A stretch of DNA of 29,169 nt from Candidatus Peregrinibacteria bacterium (GTDB taxonomy: Bacteria > Patescibacteriota > Gracilibacteria > UBA1369 > UBA12463): the NCBI GenBank assembly GCA_016215735.1, contig JACRIA010000069.1:1-29169 (forward strand), given 5' to 3'. A program made the translations under genes and the position numbers. The notes under the pieces are model-generated. The model worked only from the letters and a program-made list of their open reading frames with translations, was not told where the DNA came from and did not search any database. The first letter of the stretch is position 1; the number at the start of each line of letters is the position of its first letter. Shown here one piece after another: positions 9,466 through 17,370 of the stretch.

Positions 9466-9975
9466 TCACATTTGTTTTAGCCTTTCAATGATGGCGGTTT
9501 TTACTGCGTTATCTACTGCGCCGGTTTTTCCTGATGTGTTTCCGAATTCAGATTCAGGTTCTTTTTCCAAAAGCTTTTCAATTTCTCGTGATTGTTCAAA
9601 CCCATCTTCTTTAGCAGGGTCTACATTTATTTCAGTTTCAGTATCCAAATCCATATATATTAAATCTGTTGTTCCAACGCGGCCGGCATTTATTTTCTTA
9701 TCTATTCCCAATTCCTGTTTTTCTTCTTCTGTTAATTTAATAACAAACCCTGCATCTCTGCCATCAGGCAATTTATAAAATTTATATTCCATATCCATGC
9801 AAGCAGTTGTTTTGTTGTTCAACCATACATTTACATATTGTTTGCCGGCTATTGCTACAGATTCCAATACTTCTTCTATTTCCAGGTCTGTTCAGGGAAT
9901 TTTATCTCCGACTTTAATAGACATTTCATTGATTTCTGTTTCATCAAAGGTAAAAGTTCCATCGTTGTTGTCCAT
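9466..9975 (-). pseudogene. Acidic hypothetical protein (169 codons) interrupted by one in-frame TGA at 9892-9894
   Basis: ATG at 9975 reads MDNNDGTFTFDETEINEMSIKVGDKIP*TDLEIEEVLESVAIAGKQ..., in frame with the listed 9466-9867 ORF. Confidence 0.65.
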
Positions 9976-10045
9976 GGTATATTTCGATTAATTAATAAAA
10001 GGATTTCATTTTTGCATAAATAAATTGTTGCGTCAATCCTTTGTA

Positions 10046-10513
10046 TTAACTGGCTTTTTTGAAATAATTTTCAATCGCGGATTTGAGGGCTTGGTCGCCT
10101 AAAACAGAACAGTGGATTTTTCTTTCTGGAAGACCGCCGAGACGTTTTAATATATCTTTTTGGCTTAATTTAAGCGCTTTATTAATTGGCATTCCGTTTT
10201 TTTCTGTGACCATTACAGATATTATTGAAGTTGATGCAATCGCGCTGGCGCAGCCGAAAGTCTGCCAGCCGCATTTTTTGATTCGTTTTGTTTTTGGATC
10301 AATGTAAATCCAAATTTTCATCATATCGCCGCACGCGGGACTGCCGACCATTCCTACGCCGTTATATTTGAAATTCGGCTTTCCGCCTAACACAAAATTT
10401 CTCGGATGAAAAAAATGGTCTTTAACTGTTTTTGAATAAAGCCATTTATCTCCGCGAGGAGAAATTATGTCAGGAGAGAATTTTTTGCACGAGAATTTTT
10501 GCGTGCGTTTCAT
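10046..10513 (-). CDS. iscU: IscU/NifU-N Fe-S cluster scaffold protein
   Basis: GSPACGDMMKIWI, TFGCASAIAS, RKIHCS (three conserved Cys); ATGA overlap with the iscS stop. Confidence 0.92.
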   Translation of the reverse strand: MKRTQKFSCKKFSPDIISPRGDKWLYSKTVKDHFFHPRNFVLGGKPNFKYNGVGMVGSPACGDMMKIWIYIDPKTKRIKKCGWQTFGCASAIASTSIISVMVTEKNGMPINKALKLSQKDILKRLGGLPERKIHCSVLGDQALKSAIENYFKKAS

Positions 10514-11721
10514 TGTTTGTATTTTAAGTTAACCGGCGAAATTGAACGCAGGTATTTTACTATTTTCGGAAGAGTTTCTAAAACATAATCAATTTCTTTT
10601 TTAGTCGTGTATTTGCTGAGCGTGAGCCGCAGACTGCCGTGGATTATTTCATGCGGAAGTCCGATCGCAGAAAGCACATGTGATGGTTCAAGATTTTTGG
10701 AGCTGCATGCGGATCCTGTGCCGCAGCAGATATTCATTTGGTCAAGATATAAAACAAGCGCTTCACCTTCGATATCGTATATTGAAATATGAACGTTGTT
10801 TGGGAGCCTTTGCGTTGGATGGCCGCTCCGAATTACTTTATCGATCCGTTTCATGATTCCATTTATCAATTTGTCGCGCAAATTACGAATTCGCGGCACA
10901 TCTGTTTTGATTGATTTTTGCGCTAGTTCAAGGGCTTTGCCGAATCCAACAATTGCCGCCACATTTTCAGTGCCTGGCCGCAAGCCGAATTCATGGTGGC
11001 CGCCGAAAATTATCGGTTCGATTTTTGTATTTTTTCTAATATAAAGGCTGCCGACTCCTTTTGGGCCGTGTATTTTTCCAGCGTTAAGCGTCATCAAATC
11101 AACACCCAATTTATCAACATTAAGAGTTAAACTGCCTGCTGCCTGACATGCGTCCGTATGAAGATAAGGGAGCCCGGCCGAATTTTTATACTTCTTGATT
11201 ATTTTGCTGATTTCTTCAATTGGCTCTATTGTTCCGATTTCATTGTTTGCATACATAATACTTACGAGAATCGTTTTTGGCGTGAGCGCTTTTTTTAATT
11301 CATCAAGCCGTACCACTCCGTATTTATCCACATTCAGACATGTGACGCTGAAGCCTTCTTTTTCAAGCGCCTCGCAAGTTTCAAGAATAGAAGGATGCTC
11401 TATTTTTGTTGTAATAATGTGATTCCCTTTTGATTTATTCAGCCGAGCTGCGCCGGCCAGCGCCAAGTTATTAGCTTCGGTACCGCTTCCAGTGAAAATA
11501 ATTTTGCCAGCATTGCAGCCAAGATAGTCGGCTGTAATTTTTCTTGCGTGATCGATTGCTTCGCGGCCTTCATAGCCAAGCGAATATAAGCCGCTTGGAT
11601 TACCGTATTTATCCGTCAGATATGGTTCCATCGCATGCAGCACAGTTCTATCGAGCTGTGTGGTTGCAGCGTTATCAAGATAAATCAATGTTTTACAAGG
11701 TTTTATATTGAGATTTTGCAT
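10510..11721 (-). CDS. iscS: PLP-dependent cysteine desulfurase (IscS/NifS group I)
   Basis: IYLDNAATT, FTGSGTEANN, HTDACQ, GKIHGPKG (PLP Lys), GSACSS (catalytic Cys). Confidence 0.96.
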   Translation of the reverse strand: MQNLNIKPCKTLIYLDNAATTQLDRTVLHAMEPYLTDKYGNPSGLYSLGYEGREAIDHARKITADYLGCNAGKIIFTGSGTEANNLALAGAARLNKSKGNHIITTKIEHPSILETCEALEKEGFSVTCLNVDKYGVVRLDELKKALTPKTILVSIMYANNEIGTIEPIEEISKIIKKYKNSAGLPYLHTDACQAAGSLTLNVDKLGVDLMTLNAGKIHGPKGVGSLYIRKNTKIEPIIFGGHHEFGLRPGTENVAAIVGFGKALELAQKSIKTDVPRIRNLRDKLINGIMKRIDKVIRSGHPTQRLPNNVHISIYDIEGEALVLYLDQMNICCGTGSACSSKNLEPSHVLSAIGLPHEIIHGSLRLTLSKYTTKKEIDYVLETLPKIVKYLRSISPVNLKYKQ

Positions 11722-11724
11722 AGT

Positions 11725-11827
11725 TTTATAGCGCCTGTGTCCGCCTGTTTGCGTCGCTTCGCGACAGCTTGTTTATAGCGCCTGTGTCCGCCTGAGGCGG
11801 ACGGCGTGTGCGGCGAACGGCGTGTTA
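11725..11827. repeat. Nested family A composite (copy 3 inserted in the loop of another copy)
   Basis: 23-bp direct repeat tttatagcgcctgtgtccgcctg at 11725-11747 and 11772-11794. Deleting 11748-11810 (63 nt) rejoins a complete hairpin. Confidence 0.85.
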
Positions 11828-11877
11828 TAGGGAGTGTTACGCGCTTTGATAGGCGAGCGTAAGTATTTTAGCATAAC

Positions 11878-11905
11878 TTGACTTAGGGTTATAACAAAGT
11901 ATAAT
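11878..11905 (+). promoter_or_regulatory. Sigma70-type promoter for the 11944 ORF
   Basis: TTGACT (11878-83), 16 bp, TATAAT (11900-05). Confidence 0.65.
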
Positions 11906-11943
11906 GGTTTTGCATAATAAATACTTAATTAAACCATAGAATT

Positions 11944-12384
11944 GTGTTAAATCAAGGGTTAGAGCAGACTAGTGGCGGGAATGGACAAAAAATAACAAAT
12001 CCCGAAGAATTTATTTGCGAGATAACCAAAGTTTGCGACAGCACAAGGGGAGCTGAAATACTTAAAAGCGATCTTAAACAGATTTGGGTTGCCGCATACT
12101 GTAATGGAAATGATGTAAGGGTGGCATTGAAGGAGGCTTTGGAAAGTGTTCTTGATGAAAAACGGCGGGAGAAAATCAAAGAAACATTGTCAAGCATCAT
12201 GGATCCCGAAACGGATGCGCTTTTGGGGTATTATTATATAAAAAATCCCGAAAAAACAGTTGATGACGTAGCGCAAAATTTTAGAGTTGCCGCGATGGCC
12301 GCGCTGGAGCTTTTGCCGCGCATCGAGCTCGCGGAAATCAACGTTGATGATTGTTCAGATTATTCCGGAGAAGTTCAAGGCTAA
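11944..12384 (+). CDS. Hypothetical helical protein
   Basis: 146-aa ORF with a GTG start behind a near-consensus promoter; no motif recognised. Confidence 0.6.
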   Translation: MLNQGLEQTSGGNGQKITNPEEFICEITKVCDSTRGAEILKSDLKQIWVAAYCNGNDVRVALKEALESVLDEKRREKIKETLSSIMDPETDALLGYYYIKNPEKTVDDVAQNFRVAAMAALELLPRIELAEINVDDCSDYSGEVQG

Positions 12385-12907
12385 GGCATGTTCCCATATC
12401 TTTTATTTTGCCTTTTTTCGCAAGCAGGCGAGCTTTAGCGAGCGTCAAGAGCTGCACCCGAATTTGTTCGTGCGGATCTAGTTTTTGTTTTGAAGTTTTG
12501 ATTGCGCCGCGTCCTATAAAAATATGAGCTTTGTTTGTTAGAACACCGGGCGATGCATAAAATTCGCCGAGCTTCTTGAGAGACACAGTTTTATAGCCGG
12601 TTTCTTCAAGAAGTTCGCGTGCCGCCGCCTGCGTCATTGTTTCATTTTTCCGCGCAAACCCAGCTGGAAACTCCAAATCTATCCGGCCAATCGGATGGCG
12701 ATACTGTTTAACCATTATTAATTTTCTGTCGGCGGTCCTGCCTCGCGGAGCGTGGGTGAAAGCCGCGATTATGCAGTAATCGGATTTTTCAATCACATAA
12801 TAATCTTTTGCGATGCGGCCATCTGTCATTTTATAGTCATCGCGCCTGACGCACAGAATGTTATTTTTCAAGACATATTTAGAGCGAATAATTTTCCAAT
12901 TTTTCAT
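12338..12907 (-). CDS. Nudix hydrolase, ADP-ribose pyrophosphatase-like
   Basis: VKQYRHP...EFPAGFARKNETMTQAAARELLEETGY Nudix box; FYASPG; DPHEQI. Confidence 0.92.
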   Translation of the reverse strand: MKNWKIIRSKYVLKNNILCVRRDDYKMTDGRIAKDYYVIEKSDYCIIAAFTHAPRGRTADRKLIMVKQYRHPIGRIDLEFPAGFARKNETMTQAAARELLEETGYKTVSLKKLGEFYASPGVLTNKAHIFIGRGAIKTSKQKLDPHEQIRVQLLTLAKARLLAKKGKIKDMGTCLSLELLRNNLNNHQR

Positions 12908-12914
12908 GATTTTA

Positions 12915-12923
12915 TGATATACT
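12915..12923 (+). promoter_or_regulatory. Extended -10 promoter (TGnTATACT) for the tRNA
   Basis: tgatatact at 12915-12923, 12 nt before the tRNA 5' end. Confidence 0.5.
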
Positions 12924-12935
12924 AATCGCTGTCAT

Positions 12936-13010
12936 GGCGCACTCGTCTAGTGGTTAGGACATCAGGTTTTCAACCTGAGAACTGGGGTCCGATTCCCCAT
13001 GGCGCTGCCA
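12936..13010 (+). tRNA. tRNA-Glu (anticodon TTC) with encoded CCA; atypical acceptor stem and T-loop
   Basis: D arm GTCT-AGTGGTT-AGGAC, anticodon arm TCAGG-ttTTCaa-CCTGA, T arm TGGGG-TCCGATT-CCCCA, 3' end TGGCGCT-G-CCA. Confidence 0.88.
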
Positions 13011-13072
13011 GAATTGAAGCATAGAATATAGAGGGCGGCTGTTTATGAGCTTGCCGCGGCAGACGAACTTTT

Positions 13073-13333
13073 TTATTTATACACATCGTGATCCCCGACA
13101 GCCAGGAGTATTGCTGTATTTTTTGATTCGTATTTAAAAACAATCCGATATTCATAATTCACAGAGAAGCTCCAAAAATCCTTCAATTTCCCCTTCAGTT
13201 TATGTGTTTTCAAAAAAGAATGATTTGGATCCTGACAAAAAAGGCCAATTTTCTCCTTTATTTCATCCTGCAGCGGTTTAGAATATTTTTTGTATTGGCG
13301 GACAAAAGTTGGTTTATACAAAATTTCGAGCAT
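13073..13333 (-). CDS. RelE/StbE (YafQ/YoeB-like) mRNA interferase toxin
   Basis: MLEILYKPTFVRQYKK...LKTHKLKGKLKDFWSFSVNYEYRIVF...VGDHDVY. Start 13333 lies just after the antitoxin stop. Confidence 0.9.
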   Translation of the reverse strand: MLEILYKPTFVRQYKKYSKPLQDEIKEKIGLFCQDPNHSFLKTHKLKGKLKDFWSFSVNYEYRIVFKYESKNTAILLAVGDHDVYK

Positions 13334-13337
13334 AGTC

Positions 13338-13544
13338 CTATAATTTTTTAGCAAGGGTGTCTAAATCGCCTTTCAAACTTGGCTCTTTTGAGGCTTCGAT
13401 GACAGTTTTTACAGCTTGATCTTCCAAGTACATGCGAAGCGCATGTCGGACAGCATCTGCCTTGTTTGCAGCAACACCCCGTTTAACAAGCATATTTAGG
13501 CTTCTCATCATATCTTCCGGCAGAGGGACGGATAGTGTACTCAT
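13338..13544 (-). CDS. Ribbon-helix-helix (CopG/MetJ-type) antitoxin
   Basis: MSTLSVPLPEDMMRSLNMLVKRGVAANKADAVRHALRMYL; immediately upstream of the toxin. Two TAATATTA palindromes upstream (13564-71, 13577-84) are candidate operators. Confidence 0.85.
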   Translation of the reverse strand: MSTLSVPLPEDMMRSLNMLVKRGVAANKADAVRHALRMYLEDQAVKTVIEASKEPSLKGDLDTLAKKL

Positions 13545-13701
13545 TTTAATTTTAATTATAATATAATATTACATTATAATATTAACATATCACATAAAAA
13601 TTTTCAAGAGATATTTAAATATCAAACATTTGCGGCTGTGCCGCTTCAAAGCTAAGCTTTTTACCTGCAAGTTAAATTCGTATAGCAGAAACAATTTCCT
13701 G

Positions 13702-14007
13702 CTATTTTACATAAACTTTGCTTGTCGGTTCCTGCATTTTTTTAATAAACGGATTTTTTTCAAGAGCAGGTGAGGACATCATTTCTGTTAGTTGTTCGTC
13801 GAGTTTTTCATTCTGCTGCTGCAAGTTTTCATGCTGGAGCTGGAGCTGTTTGAGCATGTAGCCCCTTTGTGTTGTATTGCCTGTTTGAAGCAGAAAATAA
13901 GCGCTAAGGCCGATTATAAGCGCTGTTAAGGTAATGAGCAGATATATTATTGTTTTTTTGATTTCAACAGAAAGGGGAGTGCGGGTTTGGATGATTTTGT
14001 GTTCCAT
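13702..14007 (-). CDS. FtsL-like bitopic cell division protein
   Basis: Short N-tail, single TM, then coiled coil GYMLKQLQLQHENLQQQNEKL; family by architecture only. Confidence 0.5.
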   Translation of the reverse strand: MEHKIIQTRTPLSVEIKKTIIYLLITLTALIIGLSAYFLLQTGNTTQRGYMLKQLQLQHENLQQQNEKLDEQLTEMMSSPALEKNPFIKKMQEPTSKVYVK

Positions 14008-14008
14008 T

Positions 14009-14071
14009 GTGGTGTCCGCCTTCGGCGGACGGCGTGGTGTCCCCCGCCATGGCGGGGCGGGCGGCGTGTTA
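14009..14071. repeat. Family A tandem variant filling the whole rlpA-ftsL-like intergenic gap
   Basis: GTCCGCC-ttc-GGCGGAC-GGCGT, then a second unit containing the CCCGCCATGGCGGG palindrome, ending GGCGTGTTA. Confidence 0.8.
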
Positions 14072-15043
14072 TTGAATGATTAAATATTCAATGGGTATTA
14101 TACCGTTAGAAAGGGGCGCGATAGAAGAAAACGCAGCCTGCGATAAATCAAGCGTGAAATTTTTAGCGTAGGGGCCGCGGTCGTTGATAACAACTTCAAC
14201 TGTTTTTGAATTGCGTAAATTTGTGACGCGCACTCGCGTGCCAAACGGAAGTTTCCTGTGCGCTGCTGTGAAATTTTTGTTTGAAAATGATTCTCCGGAA
14301 GATGTATGGCCGCCTTCAAGAGTTTTATGATAATAACTCGCGATTCCAAAATTTATTCCTTCGCGGGAACGAATTAATCTGTATAAAATTTCCATCAAAT
14401 AACCTTTTGTAACGATTTCACTTGGTTCCATTTCGTCAGATTTCCCAAATTTAATTATCCGTTTTTCTCTTGCCAGTTTCGCGTACGGCGCAAACCATAC
14501 GTTAGCTGGTACATCAGCAAAAATATTTTCAGCAGGCGCCGCAGTTGATATTTCCGGCGCCGCGGATTCTTCAGCCGGCGCGCTAAAAACTATTGAATTA
14601 TTTATTAATTTTTCTGTTTCAAGAACCATTTTGATGGCTTCTGCAAGCAAAATACGCTTATGCGGCAGAAACTTTTTGTTTTCATATCCGTTGATTATTT
14701 TTAATTCAACAGCTGTCTTTATATATGGCGCGAGAATACTTTCCGCAGGCACGTCCAAAAACGGTTTTAATGTTAATTTCATGTTTGATTCAGGCGCGTA
14801 GCCGAGAATTATTTTTAAAATATAATAAACAGCTTCGGCGCGGGACATTTCTTTTCCCGTATCAAACAAATCTCCATTTTTATCAAGCAAATCTGCTTTT
14901 TTTAAATATTGGATTGCTGTGAAATAATCGCTTCCTTTCGGCACGTCCTTAAAAAATTCTCCCTCTGCGTTTACCGCTGGCGCGAAAAAAATCTGGGACG
15001 CCAAAAATATGAACCCGATAAAAAAAGCTATTTTATGTTTCAT
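14069..15043 (-). CDS. rlpA: SLH-domain protein fused to an RlpA-like (DPBB) lytic transglycosylase domain
   Basis: Signal peptide; SLH motifs FKDVPKGSDY, FLDVP...IINGY, FADVPANVWFAPY; C-terminal GIASYY...TAAHRKLPFGTRVRVTN...INDRGPY...LDLSQAAF. Confidence 0.9.
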   Translation of the reverse strand: MKHKIAFFIGFIFLASQIFFAPAVNAEGEFFKDVPKGSDYFTAIQYLKKADLLDKNGDLFDTGKEMSRAEAVYYILKIILGYAPESNMKLTLKPFLDVPAESILAPYIKTAVELKIINGYENKKFLPHKRILLAEAIKMVLETEKLINNSIVFSAPAEESAAPEISTAAPAENIFADVPANVWFAPYAKLAREKRIIKFGKSDEMEPSEIVTKGYLMEILYRLIRSREGINFGIASYYHKTLEGGHTSSGESFSNKNFTAAHRKLPFGTRVRVTNLRNSKTVEVVINDRGPYAKNFTLDLSQAAFSSIAPLSNGIIPIEYLIIQ

Positions 15044-15516
15044 GCTTTTTCTTCGCTTTTTAGCTTGAGCGTGACTTGTCTATGGTCGTTTTCGCCGACG
15101 CTTTCGGTTTGAATATCTTGAAATTTTTCCTGCACAAAATGCATGTGCACAATTCTGCGCAGATAAGCCGGCATTGGCGGAAGAATCTGGATTTTCTTTG
15201 TTTTCCGCAGAAGTTCAACTTTTCGCTCTGCGAGATTGAGAATATTGTCCTCGTGCTCTTTTTTGTAATTGTCCACATCGAGCACGATATTTATTCCCAT
15301 TTCACCGAGACGTTTGAATGCCAGTGCTTTAAAAATATGCTGGAGACTGTGTAAAGTTTCGCCATGATATCCGATAAGCATGGCTGCGTTCTTTAGCCCA
15401 GCGATGTTCGCTTTGTACGTTGTGTTGTCGGATGTGATCTCGATTTTGACTGACGGCTCCGTAAAATATTTGATCAGTTCCTCGAGGATTTCCTGAAGCA
15501 ATTTTTCTGTTTCCAT
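15040..15516 (-). CDS. jag: Jag/KhpB (EloR)-type KH plus R3H RNA-binding protein
   Basis: LIGYHGETLHSLQ (KH), LDVDNYK, LPPMPAYLRRIVH...TESVGENDHRQV (R3H); canonical position after yidC. Confidence 0.92.
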   Translation of the reverse strand: METEKLLQEILEELIKYFTEPSVKIEITSDNTTYKANIAGLKNAAMLIGYHGETLHSLQHIFKALAFKRLGEMGINIVLDVDNYKKEHEDNILNLAERKVELLRKTKKIQILPPMPAYLRRIVHMHFVQEKFQDIQTESVGENDHRQVTLKLKSEEKA

Positions 15517-15559
15517 ATTTTTTTGGCGTAGATCTGCGGAACGACGTGATCCGCGCCTG

Positions 15560-16852
15560 TTAATGAGTAATGACTTTTACAGTTGGTTCACTTTTCCCTT
15601 TTCCGCCGCGATTAACAAGATATTGCTGGCCGACGCTGAATAACGTAGAAGCGCCCCAATAGATGCCAACACCTGCCGGCACCGAAGCAGTGAATATAGC
15701 AATCATTACAGGCATAAAATAAAGCATCATTTTGTTTACACTTTTAGATTCTGTTTTATTCTGTTCACCCGGGGTTTTTGTAGCTGCGCCTCCTGTGCTG
15801 AATGACAATTTCATCTGCAGAAATTGAAGTCCGCCGATAATAACCGGCAGAACGTAGCTGTTTTGTTTAGTGAGATCAAGAATCCCCAGAAAATTCACAT
15901 TTATATTATCCAGCGTAAAGCCCTTAAGAAAGCCATAAATCATATACGCGTTATCAGCGTTTAATCCGTTTCGTACAACATAAAAAATCGCGATCAAGAA
16001 CGGAAACTGAATCAAAATCGGCAGACAGCTTCCAAACGGATTTACTTTATTTTCCTTGAAAATTCTTAAAGTTTCCTGGCCGATCATTTGCTGATTTCCT
16101 TTGTATTTTTCTTTGAGCCTGTCGATTTCCGGCTGGACTTCCTGCATTCTTTTTTGCGACTGCATTGAGCGGTGCGACGGCCAGAAAAGTATCATTCGTA
16201 CGATTATCGTAAGAATAATAATCGCGAAGCCGAAATCGCGAAAAGGCAGAATATTTGTGAAGAAAATCAGCGTGTTATAAATCGGGAAATAAAAGAAATT
16301 GTTCCAGAGCTTGCGCCAAAAGCTTTGTTCTACAACTTGAAATTCATTTGATTCAAAAGTTTTATCCGCGGCTTTTTTTTCAACGACTTTTTTCCCTTTA
16401 GCAGTTGGACTTGGTTCGTCGCTAGTTGCGCTGGCGGTTTTTATTGTGAGGCTGATTTTGTATTTTCCAAGTTCGCCGAATAAAGCGTGATTCCATTTAT
16501 CATACGCGATTTGATAGTCTTTGCCCGTAGGAAGTACAAAATCTTTTGCTTCAGTACAATCTGTTTTTGGGTTTGATTCTATTTTTTGCCACGCGTTATC
16601 AGCATATTTAAAAACATCGAGCGGATTATGCGGACATGCGTTTTTAATTGTGATATCTGCCTGCGTGTTATTTTTGAGTTCGACGATTACGGTTTTATCG
16701 AGGCCGAATTCGCTGTCAGTCTGCATCCCAATTTCGTTTTTATCGAGCAGGCCGGGTTCGCTGCTTTTTCCTTTAAAAGCGCCCAAAATCAAATTCAGCG
16801 CAAGAAAAATTGCCACAAAAATAACTACATTTCTCAGGATGTTTTTACCCAT
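15560..16852 (-). CDS. yidC: YidC/Oxa1 membrane protein insertase
   Basis: FGFAIIILTIIVRMILFWP, SQKRMQEVQPEI, NPFGSCLPILIQFP, GVGIYW. Confidence 0.96.
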   Translation of the reverse strand: MGKNILRNVVIFVAIFLALNLILGAFKGKSSEPGLLDKNEIGMQTDSEFGLDKTVIVELKNNTQADITIKNACPHNPLDVFKYADNAWQKIESNPKTDCTEAKDFVLPTGKDYQIAYDKWNHALFGELGKYKISLTIKTASATSDEPSPTAKGKKVVEKKAADKTFESNEFQVVEQSFWRKLWNNFFYFPIYNTLIFFTNILPFRDFGFAIIILTIIVRMILFWPSHRSMQSQKRMQEVQPEIDRLKEKYKGNQQMIGQETLRIFKENKVNPFGSCLPILIQFPFLIAIFYVVRNGLNADNAYMIYGFLKGFTLDNINVNFLGILDLTKQNSYVLPVIIGGLQFLQMKLSFSTGGAATKTPGEQNKTESKSVNKMMLYFMPVMIAIFTASVPAGVGIYWGASTLFSVGQQYLVNRGGKGKSEPTVKVITH

Positions 16853-17214
16853 TTGAATATATTTTTGAAGATATAAATTATTTCGTTTTCCATTTCAGCA
16901 AAGCCTTTTTCGAGAATTTTGCTGTTTGGTCCGAGCGCTATGTCATATGTTGCGCCGGGTCTTGCCGCGTTTGCTATGGCCGCGCCTTGCCCTGCGCCGA
17001 GATTTTTCCTTATTGCTTCGTAGATTTGTCTTCGGATCCGCGTTCTTTTGATTGGCGTGAGTTTGAGCTTCTTACTTATTATAATACAGAAACGATTGAT
17101 ACCTGCTTTATTCGCCTTAGAAATCACCAAAAAATTGCTGGACTTATGCCGAATGCCTTTACGCAGCAGAAATTCAACCTGGCCTTTACTGAGCCTGTTT
17201 TTTTTAGCCAGCAT
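16834..17214 (-). CDS. rnpA: Ribonuclease P protein component
   Basis: MLAKKNRLSK...RFCIIISKK...KRTRIRRQIYEAIR (RNR-like motif); located between rpmH and yidC. Confidence 0.88.
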   Translation of the reverse strand: MLAKKNRLSKGQVEFLLRKGIRHKSSNFLVISKANKAGINRFCIIISKKLKLTPIKRTRIRRQIYEAIRKNLGAGQGAAIANAARPGATYDIALGPNSKILEKGFAEMENEIIYIFKNIFKWVKTS

Positions 17215-17215
17215 A

Positions 17216-17347
17216 TCAAACAGGAGTTAGTTTTTTCCTGCCCTTCTCTCTTCTGCGGGATAAAACTTTCCGACCGCCTTTTGTTTTCATTCTTTTTAGA
17301 AAACCGTGGGTGCGGGCTCTTTTCCGCTTCTTTGATTTCGAAAGCAT
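17216..17347 (-). CDS. rpmH: 50S ribosomal protein L34 (43 aa; absent from the ORF track)
   Basis: Manual translation [43 protein letters not shown], with the HGFxxRM signature. Confidence 0.96.
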   Translation of the reverse strand: MLSKSKKRKRARTHGFLKRMKTKGGRKVLSRRREKGRKKLTPV

Positions 17348-17370
17348 ATATTAATTAGTTATTATTTGAC

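Noticed and set aside
9892-9894. Selenocysteine codon
   Set aside because: No redox/Cys-like context, no obvious SECIS hairpin downstream and no sel genes in the window.
8516-11332. oriC from DnaA boxes TGTGGATAA (8516-24) and TTATCCACA (11324-32)
   Set aside because: Two isolated boxes inside coding sequence; none found in the rpmH upstream region.
9236-13640. 12-bp repeat tttgcggctgtg at 9236 and 13629
   Set aside because: Several chance 12-mer matches are expected in 29 kb; no flanking similarity.
14520-14590. APAE...APAE repeat in the SLH-RlpA protein as a mobile insertion
   Set aside because: Ordinary Ala/Pro/Glu low-complexity linker with no family A hairpin.
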